A DNA stretch of 64,000 nucleotides from the human T2T-CHM13v2.0 reference genome, Homo sapiens. The stretch lies in contig CP086569.2 in assembly GCA_009914755.4 (NCBI GenBank), positions 4,096,001 through 4,160,000 on the forward strand. The letters run 5' to 3'. The notes beneath the pieces were generated by a model, which ran no database searches, was not told the DNA's origin, and saw only the letters and a list, made by a program, of their open reading frames with translations. The position numbers and the translations under genes are program-made. Each line of letters opens with the position of its first letter. Position 1 is the first letter of the stretch. Below are positions 60,401-64,000 of this stretch, in pieces.

Positions 60401-61750
60401 ACCACAGGGACTCTGCTGGTTCAGACCTAAAGCAAACACAGCACTGGGACTCTCTCAAGGCCTCCTGTAACCACTATCTCACTACCACCTAAGTTAACTC
60501 AATGCCCTAGGGCTTTATAGTTAGCAGTTGGTAAAGCCAGCCATGTTTGTGTCCCTTCCATCAGGGCTGCAAGTTCTTCCAGGCCACCGTTGTGTCTAGA
60601 GATGTTGTCTGGGAGCCAAGTATTGAAGTAAAAAGCCTTGGAAATTTACCTGGAGTTCTATTCTGCTGCAGCTAAGCTGGTACTTAAACCACAAGACAAA
60701 GTCCTTCTCACTCTTTCTTCCACTTTTCATAGGCAGAGGAGCCTCCCGCTGTGGCCAGCACCACAACTGATTCACAGAGGGTACTTCCAGTCCACTGCTG
60801 ATGTTCACTTAAATCCCAAAGACTCTCAGTCACCTTTTGATGAATACTACCAAGCCTGGAATTTACCCTTCAGGGCAGTGGGCTCCCCTCTGGCCCAGGT
60901 AATGTCCATAAACATTGATGAAGAGAGTCTAGGCCTGGACTCAGGGACACCAAGAGTGGTGGTGCTCTACTACTATAGCTCAAGTGGTACCCAAGGTACA
61001 TGACAAAGTCCTCATTACTTTTTCCCCAGTTTTTCTCAAACAAAAGGAGTCTTTAATTACAGCAAACATTGCTGTAAATCTGCTGGGTTACATCTTAAGC
61101 CAGCACTTCTCAGAGCCCAAGGCCCATAGCATATTAACTGGGTATTGATGTTGATTATTTTGGGCCCAGGGTCTCTTTAGTCAGGAGGTGATGAATCCTG
61201 CCAGGTATCTTCTTTGACTGGGAAGCCGCGAGTTCAATGCAAAGTCCGCCAGTCACTGTGCTCTCTCTGTACCAAGAGTCCTGATTTATCTATGCCTTGT
61301 GGCAACTACCACTGAGTGAAGTAGGAATGGTGCAAGCATTCCCTCAGCCACCCTAACTGGTCTCTCATTAGTGTTCCCCTAGCCCACAGCCTCTGAGTCC
61401 AGCTTAGCACTATGACTTGCTTAGGAATTGCTGTCTTTGTGGGCTTCAAGTTTACTTAGAGCTCCAGGGTACTCCAGCTGTCAGTGGTGAAGCTTGCCGG
61501 AACTCAAACTCTGAGTGATGAGATGGCAATTCCCCTCTGACTAGGGCTGGTCCAACTGTTTCCTCCATTGGAGGATATCAGTTGAGTACAGACCAGTTCT
61601 CTTTTCTCCTGTGACAGCGCAGAACTTAGTTCAAGGTGAAGCCTCACAATTGCTGCACTCTCCCTCTGCCAAGTGCACAGGTTCTCTGCACTGCACAGCT
61701 ATTGCCATGGGATGGGAAACAAATGATGTTGGTGATTTAAGATTGTCTTC
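54500..61750 (-). mobile_element. Old near full-length LINE-1 (L1PB/L1MA-like) on the minus strand. The 3' end is at about 54500. The 5' boundary is uncertain (roughly 61750-61990).
   Basis: The antisense 3'UTR is ..gttatagtagctgcaaatatttaaagggtacatgagatactttgatacagtcatgcaataagcaataatcacatcatggataatggggtatccagcccctcaagcatttattc... The minus-strand ORF at 56511-56885 translates to the ORF2 RT (..[96 protein letters not shown]..). The minus-strand ORF at 57217-57438 is ORF2 upstream of the RT (..[20 protein letters not shown]..). ORF1-like and 5'UTR-like antisense sequence follows. Confidence 0.6.
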
Positions 61751-61957
61751 CCCGCTCTTTTCAGTGTGTCTTTCAGTGATATGAAGTTAAAACCAAGTAC
61801 TGTGCTCGTTCACCTAATTTTTATTTCTTCTGATGGTGCTTTCTGTGTGAAGTTGTTAAAATTTGGTGTTTGGAGGGGGAGCAGGGCAAATGATGTAGGC
61901 TACTATTCATTTATCTTTCTCTGCCTCTTTTTCTTTTATTTTAACCTTAAATCGTAA

Positions 61958-62319
<362 letters not shown>

Positions 62320-63351
62320 ATTCCTGTTTCTATTTCTACATCTCCACGTTCTTTCTCCAACTATCAGAGAGGCCATACTTCCAGAGTGTGACAATCTTCT
62401 TTACTTCACATTGTCATCTTTTTGGTTCTGTGGTTTACTCTGGTAAAATTACAGCTTTGAGAATGTCAAGAAAGGCTTATAACTTAAGCTGAGCAATAAC
62501 TTTTATGCACTTACAAGAATTTAGCATCATTTTCCTTCTTCATGGAAGGACTATTGATGAGAAAAACAAAAACAAACAACAATGTCTTCATTTGTACCAT
62601 AAACTAGGTGGCTTATAAACAACAGAAATTAGTTTTTCACTGTTTTGGGGCCTTGGAATTTCAAGGTCAAGGGGACAGCAGATTTGCTGTCTGATAAGGG
62701 CCTGCTTTCTTGATCACAGAAGGGGCAAGGCAGCTCTTTGGGGGCTTCTTTTTTTATATAAGGGGACAAATTCCATTCATGAGGTTCCTGCTCGCATGAT
62801 TTAATCATCTCCAAAAGGCCTCACTTCCTCACTTTGGGAATTAGATTTCAAGATTTTTGGGGAGACACAAAATTCATGCCAAATCAAACAGTAAGAATGA
62901 CCAAAGTGGAGAAATACATCAGACCTTATCTCTATACCTATGTTTGTAAATCTATACAGTTTTATTTTATTTTCATTGACTCTTGTGATCTGTTTCTATA
63001 TTTCTGAGCCAGACTGCCTTAGTCTAATTCTGGTTTTATCACTTGTAAGTATATGCTTTTCAACTAGTTAATAATCTCCCAATGCCTCAGTTTCCCATTT
63101 GTAAAATGGAAATACTAATAGTATCTGCATCATAAGGTTGTTGGAAAGATTACCTGGGTTAATATATGTACCTACATGTAAAACTTTAGAGCAGTATCTA
63201 GCATATAGCCAGCACTAGATAAGAATCAACCTTTCAAATCTAAAATGTGTGTGTTTATATGTTTGTATTCATGTACATCCTATGGTGATTAGTAATTGAG
63301 GAATTATTTAAAGATAACTTATACAAAATCACTGATTTTAAATCTAGTGTT

Positions 63352-63807
63352 TTCAATAGCAAAGACTTGGAACCAACCCTAATGTCCATCAATGATAGAC
63401 TGGATAAAGAAAATTGGCACACATATACCATGGAATACTATGCAGCCATAAAAAAGAATAAGTTCATGTCCTTTGCAGGGACATGGATGAAGCTGGAAAC
63501 CATCATTCTCAGCAAACTAACACAGGAACAGAAAACCAAACACTGCATGTTCTCACTCATAAGTGGGAGCTGAACAATGAGAACATGGGCACAGGGAGAA
63601 GAACATCACACACTGGGGCCTGTTGGTGGGTGGGGGGCTAGGGGAGGGAGAGCATTAAGAGAAATACCTAATGTAGGTAATGGGTTGATGGGTGCAGCAA
63701 ACCACTATGGCACGTATATACCTATGTAACAAACCTGCATGTTCTGCTCATGTATCCCAGAACTTAAGTATAATTTTAAAAAAAGAAAAAGAAAGAAAGA
63801 AAAAAAT
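63352..63807 (+). mobile_element. 5'-truncated L1PA 3' end fragment (ORF2 C-terminus, 3'UTR and an A-rich tail)
   Basis: ttttcaatagcaaagacttggaaccaaccctaatgtccatcaatgatagactggataaagaaaa..catggaatactatgcagccataaaaaagaat ... catgtatcccagaacttaagtataattttaaaaaaagaaaaagaaagaaagaaaaaaa. The plus-strand ORF at 63367-63573 is ORF2 C-terminal. Confidence 0.85.
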
Positions 63808-64000
63808 CATACAGTGACACTGGATTAAATATATATATATATATTTACTTAAAAATAAAAATAAAAATAAAATCTGGTGTTTTTACTTATTTATTTAAAA
63901 TTACAATTGTAACTCCCAATTGGATAAGGGCACTTTTTCTGATTAAAAAAGTGAATACGTGTTTTCCCAGAAAGAGCAGGCACAACAAGGTTACATAGGC

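Overview
This window reads as primate (human-like) interspersed-repeat DNA, not a prokaryotic locus. It is AT-rich and CpG-depleted, and over 70% of it is recognisable LINE-1, Alu and LTR-retrotransposon sequence. I found no convincing cellular protein-coding exon, tRNA, rRNA, CRISPR array or operon. Every long ORF in the six-frame track that I could place falls inside L1 ORF1/ORF2 remnants, Alu, MaLR internal regions or L1 5'UTR antisense.

Main content, in order:
- 1-1968: a 5'-inverted (twin-primed) L1 on the minus strand.
- 2139-8299: a full-length but inactivated L1PA on the plus strand, head-to-head with the first L1 and about 170 bp from it.
- about 8700-14900: an older near full-length L1 on the minus strand.
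- 15688-17104: two Alus and a THE1-type MaLR solo LTR.
- about 17550-27560: an ancient L1 on the minus strand, split by four nested insertions. These are a MaLR LTR, an unclassified LTR, an AluS with an 11-bp TSD, and a complete MST-type MaLR provirus with a CTGAT TSD.
- 30521-40056: an old full-length L1 on the plus strand. It carries an ERV1-like solo LTR and a complete THE1 element (LTR-internal-LTR, TSD ACATT) inside ORF2.
- 40840-46812: L1M fragments plus an Alu, then a 3.1-kb L1 3' portion on the minus strand containing an AluY with a perfect 12-bp TSD.
- 46813-47838: a HERV-K-superfamily LTR with an internal ~80-bp tandem duplication.
- about 54500-61750: another old L1 on the minus strand.
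- Near the end: two more Alus and a short L1PA 3' fragment.

I could not find an undescribed biological system. The observations worth a second look are structural:
- a templated L1-derived patch inside an MST 5' LTR;
- a 42-bp perfect AT palindrome flanked by (TA)n;
- the precise junctions and TSDs of the nested insertions.

All coordinates are by-eye estimates and may be off by a few bases. Family and subfamily names come from memory of consensus sequences, not from a database search.
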